A stretch of 63,956 nt of DNA, counting the filler, from Octopus bimaculoides (taxonomy: Eukaryota): assembly GCF_001194135.2 (NCBI RefSeq). It is 6 parts of 6 records of this genome, joined end to end, with 100 filler letters (N's around TTAATTAATTAA, not from the genome) between each part and the next. Parts side by side here need not be neighbours in the genome. Positions count along the whole stretch, not along the records: positions 11,174 to 25,760 come from NC_068995.1; positions 25,861 to 47,447 come from NC_069005.1; 4 more parts are not named here. The stretch is one strand, 5' to 3'. The notes beneath the pieces were generated by a model. It was not told where the DNA came from and did not search any database. It was given only the letters and a program-made list of their open reading frames with translations. This document shows positions 13,168 to 26,310 of this stretch, one piece after another (position 1 is the stretch's first letter; each line of letters starts with the position of its first letter). Made by a program: the position numbers and the translations under genes.

Positions 13168-13894
13168 TCATATATATGCAATCTCAGACACATATACACA
13201 CGTTCCCCAACAAGATGGATGTTGCTTGTAAAATGAATTTCTTCATTGCGTTTTCTTGCATATTAAAAGTATTGGCGGCATGGCGATGAAGCGAATATGT
13301 GCATCCACGTATGTGTGCGTATATGTGCTTCTATATCTATAAGTGTTGTTAAATCTATCTATGTGAGGATTTATGCATACGTCTCTCTATATATATATAT
13401 ACGCGTGTGTCAGTGTGTTTTTGCACATGCATGTATGAATGCATGCTTTTATATCTGTGACTACGTGTGCAGGCGGGTATATGAGAGTGATGGAGGCGCC
13501 TCAGTGGAGGAAGAAGCGATGGGAAGGTTGGAATGGCGGAGTGAGTTCTGGTAAAAATAAATTATGATAGAAGAGGAACTGGTCACTCCCTTCCTTTGGA
13601 GAGATTATATTATTCTAGTGATTTATATGAGCAAAATTTCGTGTGTCTCCTCACCTCCGTGACCTGGTGACTATACGTCAATCAGTAGGAATATGGGGGC
13701 GTTTGGGAGGGTGGTGGAATGGTTGAAGGAGATCGCTCTAGTAGTGTGGTGGTGGTGGTGGTGGTGGTGTTNNNNNNNNNNGTGTGTGTGTATGTATATA
13801 TGTATGTATGTGTGTGTGTGTATATATATATATATCTATGCTAAGACACACTTATGTATGCATGTGTTTATATGCATATATATATGTGCATATA

Positions 13895-13955
<61 letters not shown>

Positions 13956-14077
13956 GCACACATATATATTATATACATACATATATATACGTGTGTGTGT
14001 GCGTGTAGTTACATATATGCATGTATCGTGTGCTTGCCAATTGTTTTTTGTTCGTGCTTGATTATTTAGGTCTGTGC

Positions 14078-14133
<56 letters not shown>

Positions 14134-15038
14134 NNNNNNNNNNNNNNNNNNNNNNNNNNNNNNNNNNNNNNNNNNNNNNNNNNNNNNNNNNNNNNNNNNN
14201 NNNNNNNNNNNNNNNNNNNNNNNNNNNNNNNNNNNNNNNNNNNNNNNNNNNNNNNNNNNNNNNNNNNNNNNNNNNNNNNNNNNNNNNNNNNNNNNNNNNN
14301 NNNNNNNNNNNNNNNNNNNNNNNNNNNNNNNNNNNNNNNNNNNNNNNNNNNNNNNNNNNNNNNNNNNNNNNNNNNNNNNNNNNNNNNNNNNNNNNNNNNN
14401 NNNNNNNNNNNNNNNNNNNNNNNNNNNNNNNNNNNNNNNNNNNNNNNNNNNNNNNNNNNNNNNNNNNNNNNNNNNNNNNNNNNNNNNNNNNNNNNNNNNN
14501 NNNNNNNNNNNNNNNNNNNNNNNNNNNNNNNNNNNNNNNNNNNNNNNNNNNNNNNNNNNNNNNNNNNNNNNNNNNNNNNNNNNNNNNNNNNNNNNNNNNN
14601 NNNNNNNNNNNNNNNNNNNNNNNNNNNNNNNNNNNNNNNNNNNNNNNNNNNNNNNNNNNNNNNNNNNNNNNNNNNNNNNNNNNNNNNNNNNNNNNNNNNN
14701 NNNNNNNNNNNNNNNNNNNNNNNNNNNNNNNNNNNNNNNNNNNNNNNNNNNNNNNNNNNNNNNNNNNNNNNNNNNNNNNNNNNNNNNNNNNNNNNNNNNN
14801 NNNNNNNNNNNNNNNNNNNNNNNNNNNNNNNNNNNNNNNNNNNNNNNNNNNNNNNNNNNNNNNNNNNNNNNNNNNNNNNNNNNNNNNNNNNNNNNNNNNN
14901 NNNNNNNNNNNNNNNNNNNNNNNNNNNNNNNNNNNNNNNNNNNNNNNNNNNNNNNNNNNNNNNNNNNNNNNNNNNNNNNNNNNNNNNNNNNNNNNNNNNN
15001 NNNNNNNNNNNNNNNNNNNNNNNNNNNNNNNNNNNNNN

Positions 15039-15107
<69 letters not shown>

Positions 15108-15284
15108 TTCACATCCAAAGTGGAGACGATATCCAACCTTCTAAGATTGTAGGCTTGATAATGTTTAAGAGATATATTTTCACATGAAACCATTGGTAGC
15201 CTACTTAACCCACACATAAAAGATATATACATATGCATGCATGTGTGTATGTATGTATGTATGTATGTATGTATGTATGTATGT

Positions 15285-15329
<45 letters not shown>

Positions 15330-15528
15330 CTGTTATTTCAAAATACAATATGAATTCTTGGTATATTAATGTTATCTCACATCATGACGATGTGTTATGA
15401 TTTCAAAATTACAATGAAGCCAGGTTCCGCTTGAGAAGGGGAGACAAGCTCAATAATCAATTCTTTTCCAAAACTGACATGTCATCACGCAAAAGAACAG
15501 GTTTATCGTCTTGAGATGAGATCAGAAT

Positions 15529-15569
15529 CTTTGGAACCTCTTTCTGCTTCGATAGCCGTCATCAGCAAG
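15529..15569 (-). ncRNA. Degenerate hammerhead-like motif
   Basis: Minus strand: CUUG-CUGAUGA-CG-GCU(AUCGA)AGC-A-GAAA-GAGGUUC-CAAAG. Core boxes and spacing are present; stems are short and imperfect. Confidence 0.35.
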
Positions 15570-16456
15570 CTAATTGTGCTAGCTTACGTCCTGCAGCCAA
15601 AAGACTTCGATTGATATGTATGTCTGCCTGTATATATTGAGCGAGAAGATAGTGAAAAATGAAAAAAATTTTAATATATAGATCGATGGAATGAAAGAAA
15701 GAATAATGATAGGAAAAAGAATTATATTTCACAGTTCCGTAGAAACCTACGCTTAACAGAGGAATTTTACGATAAAGAAAACAGGAACGAATCAATTGTA
15801 AGAAACAAGAGCAATTACAAGCCTACAACAGGTCAGAATAAAGCTTTAGATAAATTTTGTGGTTTTATATCTATCTTAAAGTATGTAACACATACTTTAA
15901 GAACTCATTATTTCTTATATTTAAATGTTTATGTTATGATTTTATTTACTCCATGTACCCAGACCTTGTGGACACCTTGTATTATGATGTAAGAGAAATT
16001 TGGTTGCTATTTCCAGCACGTCAAGAATTCAAAACCAGGCTCTTGCGCTGGTTCCCTCAACCTTCCAAAATTAACAGTGAACTTCCCATCAATCAATTTT
16101 AAGCGAGTGATGGAAGCAGGACACCCTGGACAACTTAATCCTTAAGGAGATATTTACGGTTAGAGTGCATGTGTAGCTGATTAGAACCGACCTGGGGTTA
16201 AATTATAACCATTATTATTAATACTGGGAAAATTGCTTTTTTGCTTTGTGTCTATTTTTAACAAAAAACATTTTTTTAAAAAGTTGTCTCTCTTTAGAGC
16301 AAGGATTTAACGAAATATTTTTCTCAGACATGAGATCTGAAAATGAGAGATGGTATGCATTGTAAATTTAGGAGTTAATCACTGCATTTTAGCAGTTGAA
16401 ATATGTTGCAAACATATTTTAAATAACTTCAACTTAGCGTATATATACACCTGTAT

Positions 16457-16499
<43 letters not shown>

Positions 16500-16605
16500 A
16501 CTTGGGGATGGTCATATTGCCAGTTTAGCCAATAAAAACACACGCACTGTATATTTGGTGTTAATTTGCTTCAGCTTTATATTACATTAATCTTAATCTT
16601 ATTTC

Positions 16606-16650
16606 GGCCAGAGTTCTTTCGTCACACTTCTGTGACCTCATCAGTGGTCC
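16606..16650 (-). ncRNA. Minimal type I hammerhead ribozyme motif (family 2)
   Basis: Minus strand: GGACCA-CUGAUGA-G-GUCACA(GAAG)UGUGAC-GAAA-GAACUC-UGGCC. Perfect 6-bp stem II, CUC cleavage triplet, stem I (GGA)CCA/UGG(CC). Confidence 0.75.
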
Positions 16651-16949
16651 TTTGTTTCCTTCCATCTCATGTGTGTCTCACCTTGCTAACAATCAGCCAT
16701 TNNNNNNNNNNNNNNNNNNNNNNNNNNNNNNNNNNNNNNNNNNNNNNNNNNNNNNNNNNNNNNNNNNNNNNNNNNNNNNNNNNNNNNNNNNNNNNNNNNN
16801 NNNNNNNNNNNNNNNNNNNNNNNNNNNNNNNNNNNNNNNNNNNNNNNNNNNNNNNNNNNNNNNNNNNNNNNNNNNNNNNNNNNNNNNNNNNNNNNNNNNN
16901 NNNNNNNNNNNNNNNNNNNNNNNNNNNNNNNNNNNNNNNNNNTATATAC

Positions 16950-16969
16950 ATAGATAGATAGATAGAAAG

Positions 16970-17024
<55 letters not shown>

Positions 17025-17025
17025 A

Positions 17026-17096
<71 letters not shown>
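16950..17096. repeat. (GATA)n tetranucleotide microsatellite
   Basis: Directly visible; one of many GATA, TA, CA, TATG and CATC arrays in the window. Confidence 0.97.
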
Positions 17097-17713
17097 TGCT
17101 ATATTCATTGGAGAACGTAGAAGAGTACAGTACAAAGCTCGTCGACATCAGATTTCACCCTGTGCTATTGTACGTACTCCTAGAACTTCGTTTGGTTTTC
17201 CATACTGTGTGAATAGATAATTGAAAAAGTTGGAGTCAACAAGAAGGAGTACGGTTGGACATCTATTTGCAATCACTACAATTGTTTGTACGCGACATAG
17301 TTCTCTAGACCTGCAGCTATTTGGTTATGTAACCATTTTCTTGCATTATGATATTTAGTTTCCTCAGGTGATATATATAAATATTGTCTCTGTAAATTCA
17401 AATTATCGGCTTCAAGAGCATCTTATCTCTCTGTCGTGGCCTGGAGTTTGTAGTAGCCACTGAGTATATCAAGAGATGTGTTGTGGCTGAAGGTCCGTTG
17501 ACAAACTGCTTTGAATGTGTGGATGTAGTCATTTGGGGAAACAACTAGATCTCAATGCAAGGAAACGGTTGCATAGACGAGTACGTTGCGTAGAAAACTG
17601 TCCAAACTTACTCCTTATGTGGCTCCAGCTTTTAAAATTACTTATGTGTGTGTGTGAGTGTGTGTGTATGTATGTGTGTGTGTGTATTAAATAAAATGAG
17701 ACAGCAAAATCAA

Positions 17714-17761
17714 GTCTTACAGCTGTTTCTGCGATATTAGAGATGTCCCTTCATCAGAGAC
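17714..17761 (-). ncRNA. Minimal type I hammerhead ribozyme motif (family 3, decayed stem II)
   Basis: Minus strand: GUCU-CUGAUGA-A-GGGACAU(CUCUA)AUAUCGC-A-GAAA-CAGCUGUA-AGAC. Stem I GUCU/AGAC, palindromic stem III ACAGCUGU, GUA cleavage triplet; stem II has 5 of 7 pairs. Confidence 0.7.
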
Positions 17762-18121
17762 GATATGAGAGAGCTAACTAGAAGGAAACAGAGTTCAACA
17801 TTAGGAGTTATTTTGGAAAAAGATGGAAATGTAAAGGGAAATAAGAGAATAAAAGAACTCCTTATATCGAACTCTACTATTACCTTCTAGTTAACACATC
17901 GGTAGAAAGATTATAATCAAGGGCTACTGGGCGTTTTCCCCCAGACTGTGCTGTACATCAACAAATGTAAAGCAATCTTTGAAAAGGTTGTGTGCAGCCC
18001 AGTGGAACCGAATTTCTGATACAATAATATATTTATGCACTATAACCAAGGTATTGTGTTCTACATGACATAGCATTAGCACCAGGTGTATACATGTACT
18101 TCTGTGTATATATGTATATGT

Positions 18122-18155
<34 letters not shown>

Positions 18156-18192
18156 GTATACACACACATACATATATATATGCATATTATAT

Positions 18193-18239
<47 letters not shown>

Positions 18240-19041
18240 NNNNNNNNNNNNNNNNNNNNNNNNNNNNNNNNNNNNNNNNNNNNNNNNNNNNNNNNNNNNN
18301 NNNNNNNNNNNNNNNNNNNNNNNNNNNNNNNNNNNNNNNNNNNNNNNNNNNNNNNNNNNNNNNNNNNNNNNNNNNNNNNNNNNNNNNNNNNNNNNNNNNN
18401 NNNNNNNNNNNNNNNNNNNNNNNNNNNNNNNNNNNNNNNNNNNNNNNNNNNNNNNNNNNNNNNNNNNNNNNNNNNNNNNNNNNNNNNNNNNNNNNNNNNN
18501 NNNNNNNNNNNNNNNNNNNNNNNNNNNNNNNNNNNNNNNNNNNNNNNNNNNNNNNNNNNNNNNNNNNNNNNNNNNNNNNNNNNNNNNNNNNNNNNNNNNN
18601 NNNNNNNNNNNNNNNNNNNNNNNNNNNNNNNNNNNNNNNNNNNNNNNNNNNNNNNNNNNNNNNNNNNNNNNNNNNNNNNNNNNNNNNNNNNNNNNNNNNN
18701 NNNNNNNNNNNNNNNNNNNNNNNNNNNNNNNNNNNNNNNNNNNNNNNNNNNNNNNNNNNNNNNNNNNNNNNNNNNNNNNNNNNNNNNNNNNNNNNNNNNN
18801 NNNNNNNNNNNNNNNNNNNNNNNNNNNNNNNNNNNNNNNNNNNNNNNNNNNNNNNNNNNNNNNNNNNNNNNNNNNNNNNNNNNNNNNNNNNNNNNNNNNN
18901 NNNNNNNNNNNNNNNNNNNNNNNNNNNNNNNNNNNNNNNNNNNNNNNNCATTCACACATATATCATATAAATATAAAAGCATGTGCGTATATATATGTAT
19001 ATATATATAAAGAGTGAGAGAGGGAGGAAGAGACAGATAAT

Positions 19042-19105
<64 letters not shown>

Positions 19106-19518
19106 GGTGTGCAAGTATGGATGCATATAATTCTCGCTTCGCTGTTAGTCTTTTTATTTGTCCTTCTCTCTCAAGTTCTTCTTGGCCATAAACATCCAAT
19201 AGAATTCATGCAAACTTTTCACCTTTCTCTCAAGAAAGTCACCTCTCGCCAATCTGAGATCTCACTCCCCAACACACCTCCATCACCCATTATTTCTCTT
19301 TCACTTCCGCCCCACACTCTCTCTCTCTCTCTCTCTCTCTGTCTCCTTACCATAATTTCAATCCGCTTTACTTCCAAACACAGCTAACAACTAACAACAT
19401 ATGCACCTCCATCTTAACCAATAACTTGCCGTACTAACCCTTCTTCCTCCGCTTTCACCGATATTGTTTTACTTCCTTTCTCTTTCGTTCTTTCTTTCCT
19501 TCTTTCTTCTATCTGATC

Positions 19519-19568
<50 letters not shown>

Positions 19569-20168
19569 TATATTTGTTTTACAGATAAAGTCGAGGCCGC
19601 ATCTGTTTCCATGGTCCACATAACACACTGCAAGGATCGAAGGTTGAAGAACAAACGTCTTCATACAATCTCGTTATTTTTATAGCCTTATTTATTTATC
19701 GCCTGCTTCATCATCATCCTCATCACCATCATATTCATCATCATCATCATCATTCTTCTTCTTCTTCTTCTTCTTCTTCTTCTTCTTCTTCCTAATCACT
19801 TTTCTGTTTTTCCTCTTCACGCTCCTTCTCCTTTGCCTACTTCTTCCCATTTTCCCTCCTCCTCCTCCTCCTTTCTCTCTTTTCTCACCTTTTTTCTCAT
19901 CTTCATCGTCGTCGTCGCCGTCGTCATTATCATCATAATCATCATCATCATCATCATCATCATCTTCTTCTTCTTCTTCTTCTTCTTCTTCTTCTTCTTT
20001 CTGTATTTATTTATCTATTTATCTTCTTCCTCCTCCTCCTCTTCCTCCGTTCCAGCATTCTCGCCCTCCGCTTTCCATCATATTCAAGCTTTCTTCCACC
20101 ACCCCTAAGAGTTTTCTTTCTCTCCCTCTCTCCCTCTCTCTTATAACATCAACATTTTTCTTTCTCTC

Positions 20169-20228
<60 letters not shown>

Positions 20229-20258
20229 TCACCCGCTCTCTCATACCTACCTCTCTCA

Positions 20259-20302
<44 letters not shown>

Positions 20303-20744
20303 ACTCTCTTTACCTTACTCACTATTTGTCTCTTTCTAACTCACTTATCCACTCATATTCTCAGAAGAGAAGCATTTGACCGCTGCTAGCCAATGTCACC
20401 AACCTCGAAAATTTTAGTTTAGCCTACATTTTAGACTAATTTGACCCGCCTCACCTTTATTATATTTATGTAGTACTGTAGCAGCTGTGTGCATCAAACT
20501 ATATGCACTGCTTTAGTGTGTCATGCTCTGTGGCAATATACTTTCTTTTCCTGAAATTCTTTATTAAATAAAAGATTCTCTTTCGCTATATCAGCCTCAC
20601 TCATTTTTCCTTTTCTCTCTTTTTTTCCCTCTCTTTCACTGCCTCCCACTTTACTCATGCACAAACAACCATACATTCATTTACTTACTCCCGCTCTTTA
20701 TCTCCCCCCTCTCTCTCTCTATCGTGCTCTCTTTTTTATTCCCG

Positions 20745-20783
<39 letters not shown>

Positions 20784-20847
20784 ACTCTCTATCTTGACTG
20801 CGGTGTTAAATCTATCACGTACATTCGCTGGCAATATATTTATTTAC

Positions 20848-20963
20848 CATTTGCTGTTCATTGATTCCAGTCTGGTTGGTTGAAGAGAAACCATTTTCAA
20901 AATTCAAGTCGAAAGCCATTTTATCATCCATCTTCAAATACACTTCCTGTATTAGGCTGAGTG
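20848..20963 (-). CDS. Candidate exon of an unidentified gene
   Basis: Acceptor tattctacgtag, donor atg|gtaaat; open frame, phase 1 to 0: LSLIQEVYLKMDDKMAFDLNFENGFSSTNQTGINEQQM. Confidence 0.4.
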
Positions 20964-21752
20964 CTACGTAGAATAGATATATATANNNNNNNNNNNNNNN
21001 NNNNNNNNNNNNNNNNNNNNNNNNNNNNNNNNNNNNNNNNNNNNNNNNNNNNNNNNNNNNNNNNNNNNNNNNNNNNNNNNNNNNNNNNNNNNNNNNNNNN
21101 NNNNNNNNNNNNNNNNNNNNNNNNNNNNNNNNNNNNNNNNNNNNNNNACACACACATATATATATTTATATAGGCAGATAGATAGATATACGTGTCTGTC
21201 TACCTTATACGTGTATAGTAACGTTGTGGAAACAATGATCGCGACACTATTATTTTGGATTTAATATATAACCAGCTATTAAGCCCATATTTATGTGTAT
21301 GAACATATACATATACCGCTGACTGATTTGCGCTCGTAGACCTTCCGGGTTGAACAAATACATAAGTAGTATCTACGAGGCAGTTATGATAAAAACATAT
21401 TTAGTTTATTTCAAATCTCTTTGTGATATGTTTCATCTTTTAAAGGCAATTTCACTGCAGATTACCGTCGAGAAAGCGTTCTCATTTAATGGTAAACGTG
21501 CAAATACACCATGATCAGTTCAAAGGTGTTCAATCTTTAAATGCTACTAGGTACTTATAACTGCCCTCGGTTCTAAAAGGTTTCTATATATCTCTGCAAG
21601 AATATCGAGGGTTGTTTATAGTTTTATAAAATTTATAAAATGTGATCATTTAATCTATAATTTGGTAGAGTACAAATTTACAACTTTTAAACAAAAACGG
21701 TATTGAGCGTGACTTCGAAGTTTATATATATATTTACTTATATTCAAATTAG

Positions 21753-21798
<46 letters not shown>

Positions 21799-24700
21799 CA
21801 TATATATATANNNNNNNNNNNNNNNNNNNNNNNNNNNNNNNNNNNNNNNNNNNNNNNNNNNNNNNNNNNNNNNNNNNNNNNNNNNNNNNNNNNNNNNNNN
21901 NNNNNNNNNNNNNNNNNNNNNNNNNNNNNNNNNNNNNNNNNNNNNNNNNNNNNNNNNNNNNNNNNNNNNNNNNNNNNNNNNNNNNNNNNNNNNNNNNNNN
22001 NNNNNNNNNNNNNNNNNNNNNNNNNNNNNNNNNNNNNNNNNNNNNNNNNNNNNNNNNNNNNNNNNNNNNNNNNNNNNNNNNNNNNNNNNNNNNNNNNNNN
22101 NNNNNNNNNNNNNNNNNNNNNNNNNNNNNNNNNNNNNNNNNNNNNNNNNNNNNNNNNNNNNNNNNNNNNNNNNNNNNNNNNNNNNNNNNNNNNNNNNNNN
22201 NNNNNNNNNNNNNNNNNNNNNNNNNNNNNNNNNNNNNNNNNNNNNNNNNNNNNNNNNNNNNNNNNNNNNNNNNNNNNNNNNNNNNNNNNNNNNNNNNNNN
22301 NNNNNNNNNNNNNNNNNNNNNNNNNNNNNNNNNNNNNNNNNNNNNNNNNNNNNNNNNNNNNNNNNNNNNNNNNNNNNNNNNNNNNNNNNNNNNNNNNNNN
22401 NNNNNNNNNNNNNNNNNNNNNNNNNNNNNNNNNNNNNNNNNNNNNNNNNNNNNNNNNNNNNNNNNNNNNNNNNNNNNNNNNNNNNNNNNNNNNNNNNNNN
22501 NNNNNNNNNNNNNNNNNNNNNNNNNNNNNNNNNNNNNNNNNNNNNNNNNNNNNNNNNNNNNNNNNNNNNNNNNNNNNNNNNNNNNNNNNNNNNNNNNNNN
22601 NNNNNNNNNNNNNNNNNNNNNNNNNNNNNNNNNNNNNNNNNNNNNNNNNNNNNNNNNNNNNNNNNNNNNNNNNNNNNNNNNNNNNNNNNNNNNNNNNNNN
22701 NNNNNNNNNNNNNNNNNNNNNNNNNNNNNNNNNNNNNNNNNNNNNNNNNNNNNNNNNNNNNNNNNNNNNNNNNNNNNNNNNNNNNNNNNNNNNNNNNNNN
22801 NNTATATATATATATATATAGGAAGACGTATGTTCATATTCGAAAATATTTGTTTGTGTGTGAAAAAACACGTACGTTTGCCAACGTGCGAATACGCATA
22901 CGTATATTATGCACATAAGACAGTGGAACAATCGTTTGTAATTTCTGTCTACGTCTATCTTAATTTTCTGTTAGGCTTCCCCTCCACATATCGTTCCCCC
23001 ACATCCTCCACCTTCTCTTACCCTCCACGTGCTCCTTCCCCTCCACCACCTTCTTCCCTTCCTATTTCCCCATCTTAGCCATATTCCCGTATTTAGTCAT
23101 ATTCTTCACAGTCTCTCAGCTAATCGCCAACTTTCATCTTCTTTTAATAATCACAAAACTAATTCTGACGTTGCATTTTCGAAATGAAATACTTATATAT
23201 TATATATTTTATTCCCGAAATCAGATATAGTTTCGTTGAAGATTAATTGTAGAAATTCTCTAATAATCTTCACGTTGAGAAATTTCTACGAAACAATTTT
23301 GGAAATAGACCAAATTCTATTATACCAACACTACCACCTCCGCCACCCCTTGTATACTTGGCGTATTGATTAGAATTTTTCGGTCTCTTCGTTACAGAAA
23401 TATCGTTTAGAAATTTTGATCCCAAGATTATAGTTCTGTATAATTATTTCATTCTTGAGAGGGAAACGATTCCAAATTCTAAGAATATGCATGGGTCTCG
23501 TTTATCCTACCAAATATTTCGAAGTTGTAATCTCTATAACGTATGGAAAACGGAAGTTACAGCTGATCCGGTTTGTATTGTAAATCAAACGACTAAATAG
23601 ATACTTTTATGATTTGAAACAGATGAATGTATCGTAAAATTGACTTAAAATAAAAACCGCAAGATTTGACTAGATTTCTTGCAGTGTTTTGTTATACAGT
23701 GCTTATCTCCTGTGTTCAGATCCTGTTGTTGTCGAATAAACATTTCATTCCGGGATGCAATGTAAAAACCAATGAAATACTGATCGAGAATAAAGTCACC
23801 ATAGCCTCTACCTTCATGTTACATGATTGTATGCCAACGTTTGGGAATCAGGTTTGAAACTGGTTCTACATTTTTGTTAACAGCCGATAATTGCGCGCTG
23901 TCTGGTGTGTGTGCTGTTTCTTTCGTTTAGTCCCTGTTCAGCTTAATTAATCAAGCAAGATTAATACTAATAGTCTTCTACTGTGACTGTCATGTGATAG
24001 ATGATATCTAAGACTTCGTTATCCACTGGGTCTTCTCACTATCAAGTATTAGTAAATAAGAGAGATTCGGATGCTATATCTAACAATCTGGACAATTATG
24101 TAAAAGCTGCCTCCTTGGTACCTGTAATATATTTTGTATGATAACAACGTTGCAGTTTGTTAGAACCATTGTAATACAGAAGAAAAATAACAAATAATGA
24201 GAGAGCTGCTGACAAAGCGAAAAGTGGAAGTTAAATAAACTTTGTATATTCCAAGCACAAAGGCCAATCATCAACGGCTCAGAAAGGTGATAAGGGACCT
24301 TTCTGCCCGAAATATTTAAATGTTATTTAATTACCACTCTTTGCGTTGTTCGACGTTCTCTTCCATATTTTTTTCTTGATATTCTTTTTTGCAATTATGT
24401 CTTACTTTCGAGAAAAATGAAGAGGAAAACGAGAAGCTTTATTGCCTGTAGTGAAACCATATAGGGGGATATCGATCAAGATGATTGGTAATTAGTGGGA
24501 GAGGATATTTATCTCAATATCTACAATAATATTTTGAGGTGAGATACAAAACAAATGGCTAAGGAACGAATTGAGGTACAACGGATGAACCCGAACTTTT
24601 TTATTATCGAATGCCGTTATGAAGAACGAATCGACATACCATACTTATGTTCAGGATTTCCAAGACATTTTAGGAATATGGGATATTCAGAGCGGTGATC

Positions 24701-25188
24701 AGGTCGGAATGATCGTCATGCAGTGGATTCTGCAAAAGGCTCGAAAAGGTTTGGTATTGGTGTTAAACAGAGGAAGGTGATAAATTAGCGGCGAAAACAT
24801 CTTCGATTGCTTTTCCTTCGAAATCAATGTAAACGACGATATTTATATTGAGATGTAATCCCCACCCCTCGGAAAACAAATTACAGAAATTGAACGAAAT
24901 AGCATTAAGATGAATTTTATAAGAATCAACGTAGATACTAGTAAGAAGAAAGACAGGAACTTGAATTGCATCAGCAACATCAACAATACAAAGTGATGAC
25001 ATCATCACGAATATTAACATAATCAATGATTGCATATGAATGCCACGACCACCGATGCTCTAACGCTATAACTACTAACAACATCAACACGACTAAAAAC
25101 AAAAACAACATGACCTCCGCCACTACCGCCACCACCACGACAATAACAACAACAATAACAACATCAACAACGACGACGACGACAGCAA

Positions 25189-25226
<38 letters not shown>

Positions 25227-25626
25227 GTAGCAGCAACTGCAGTAGCAGAATCCATTCATCGACGTCGTCGTCGTCGTCGTCGTCGTCGTCGCGTTGTCGT
25301 CGTCATCATCACCATCGTCATAGTACGAAGCGAAAAAAAAATGACAAAATATAAAAATAACATTATCTCCAAAGCGCAAATACGATAACAAGAACAACAA
25401 AAACAACAAGAACAAAAACAATATGAACCGCAGTAAGAACAAAAACATCTACAGCAACAACAACAACAACAACAACAACATTAATGCAATAATATCAACA
25501 CAGGCAATATCGCATCGTACAGACAGGAAGAAGCAAGTGCGTCCAATTAGAATTTAGACTTGATAGTCATCTTTAAAAATTAATAAACAAAACACACACA
25601 CACATACACACATGCACAAACTTACA

Positions 25627-25748
25627 CACACACACACAACACCCACACTCAAATACACATATACATATATAGATATAGAAACACATAAATCAATAGAAAC
25701 ATATATATATGTATATGTGTATTTGAGTGTGGGTGTTGTGTGTGTGTG
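25627..25748. repeat. Perfect 45-bp inverted repeat with 32-bp spacer
   Basis: Arms 25627-25671 (cacacacacacaacacccacactcaaatacacatatacatatata) and 25704-25748 are exact reverse complements, including the non-repetitive core. Confidence 0.9.
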
Positions 25749-26269
25749 AATGTACGTATANNNNNNNNNNNNNNNNNNNNNNNNNNNNNNNNNNNNNNNN
25801 NNNNTTAATTAATTAANNNNNNNNNNNNNNNNNNNNNNNNNNNNNNNNNNNNNNNNNNNNTATATATATATATATATAAATGTATATATGCATGTATTAT
25901 GTATGTATGTATGTGTGCACGTATGTAAGTATGTAGGTACATATGTACATGAAAGAAATGTTTACAGTACATTTTTTTTCAGACATATTCCGCATAAGAA
26001 TCAATACCGCCAGTCTGGAACCAGGAACAGACCAAAGTATCAAAACAGACTTGGTGGTCAATAATCACACTCATACACATACTCACGCATACTCTCTCAC
26101 ACACACACACACACTCATGCACGCACACACACAAACACCATATGATTGTATGCTCACCTACATACACTTCCTAACAAACACACAAATAAATGGACATCAT
26201 CTCATAAATATTTTCTTTTTCTCTTTAACTATACATATGTGCGTAGACAGGTATGCATATATATATGCA

Positions 26270-26310
<41 letters not shown>

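Noticed and set aside
23727-23850. Possible plus-strand exon ILLLSNKHFIPGCNVK...FGNQ
   Set aside because: Weak donor (gtttga), no homology, no established partner exons.
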